From positions 1-7,454 of the forward strand of contig CDMY01000979.1 in the NCBI GenBank assembly GCA_001179505.1: 7,454 nucleotides of DNA. Direction: 5' to 3'. The position numbers were made by a program, and so were the translations under genes. The notes under the pieces are model-generated. The model made no database searches. It was not told where the DNA came from and saw only the letters and a program-made list of their open reading frames with translations. This document shows, piece by piece, positions 7,383 through 7,454 of this stretch (the stretch's first letter is position 1; every line of letters starts with the position of its first letter). This DNA is from Vitrella brassicaformis CCMP3155 (Eukaryota; Protista; Chromerida).

Positions 7383-7393
7383 CCCCCTCTCAA
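7383..7393 (-). promoter_or_regulatory. Polypurine tract (TTGAGAGGGGG)
   Basis: Matches the established copia PPT pattern TTGAG(A/G)GGGG, immediately followed by TG. Confidence 0.7.
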
Positions 7394-7454
7394 GACGAAC
7401 CATCACGGCGTGTACTCAGGAAAAGAAAATCACGAAGAAAGCACAAAGGCATCC

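Larger units (their letters stand above)
6874..7454 (-). mobile_element. 3' end of a Ty1/copia-like LTR retrotransposon (end of internal region, PPT, 3' LTR)
   Basis: Minus strand reads ..TCTTGAGAGGGGG|TGTCAGG.., the typical copia PPT-LTR junction. The segment lacks microsatellites and ends at ..TATGACAACA, directly against simple-repeat intron sequence. A short frame LCFLRDFLFLS..* before the PPT may be the RNase H tail (weak). Confidence 0.65.

Overview
Eukaryotic genomic DNA with short GT-AG introns and microsatellite-rich spacers. The style resembles the chromerid alveolate Vitrella brassicaformis, but this is inferred from composition and not confirmed. The centre holds a minus-strand, 9-exon gene (about 2544-5404, about 740 aa) encoding a degenerate LRR-like protein. 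It has one 1-bp frameshift (about 3513) and a probable GC-AG intron. Both edges carry signatures of Ty1/copia-like LTR retrotransposons on the minus strand. Left edge: LTR end, half-tRNA-Met-type PBS and a gag N-terminus running off the window. Right edge: PPT plus an LTR of about 509 bp, apparently inserted in an intron of a decayed gene. Fragmented gene relics occupy about 597-1333 (+) and 6135-6822 (-). The most unusual structures are a 30/31-bp inverted repeat in the two introns flanking a stop-containing exon, a 12-bp stem enclosing the PPT/LTR junction, and a 61-nt hairpin at 6056-6116. I found no rRNA, tRNA or CRISPR array, and nothing here proves a new system. The findings are testable hypotheses.
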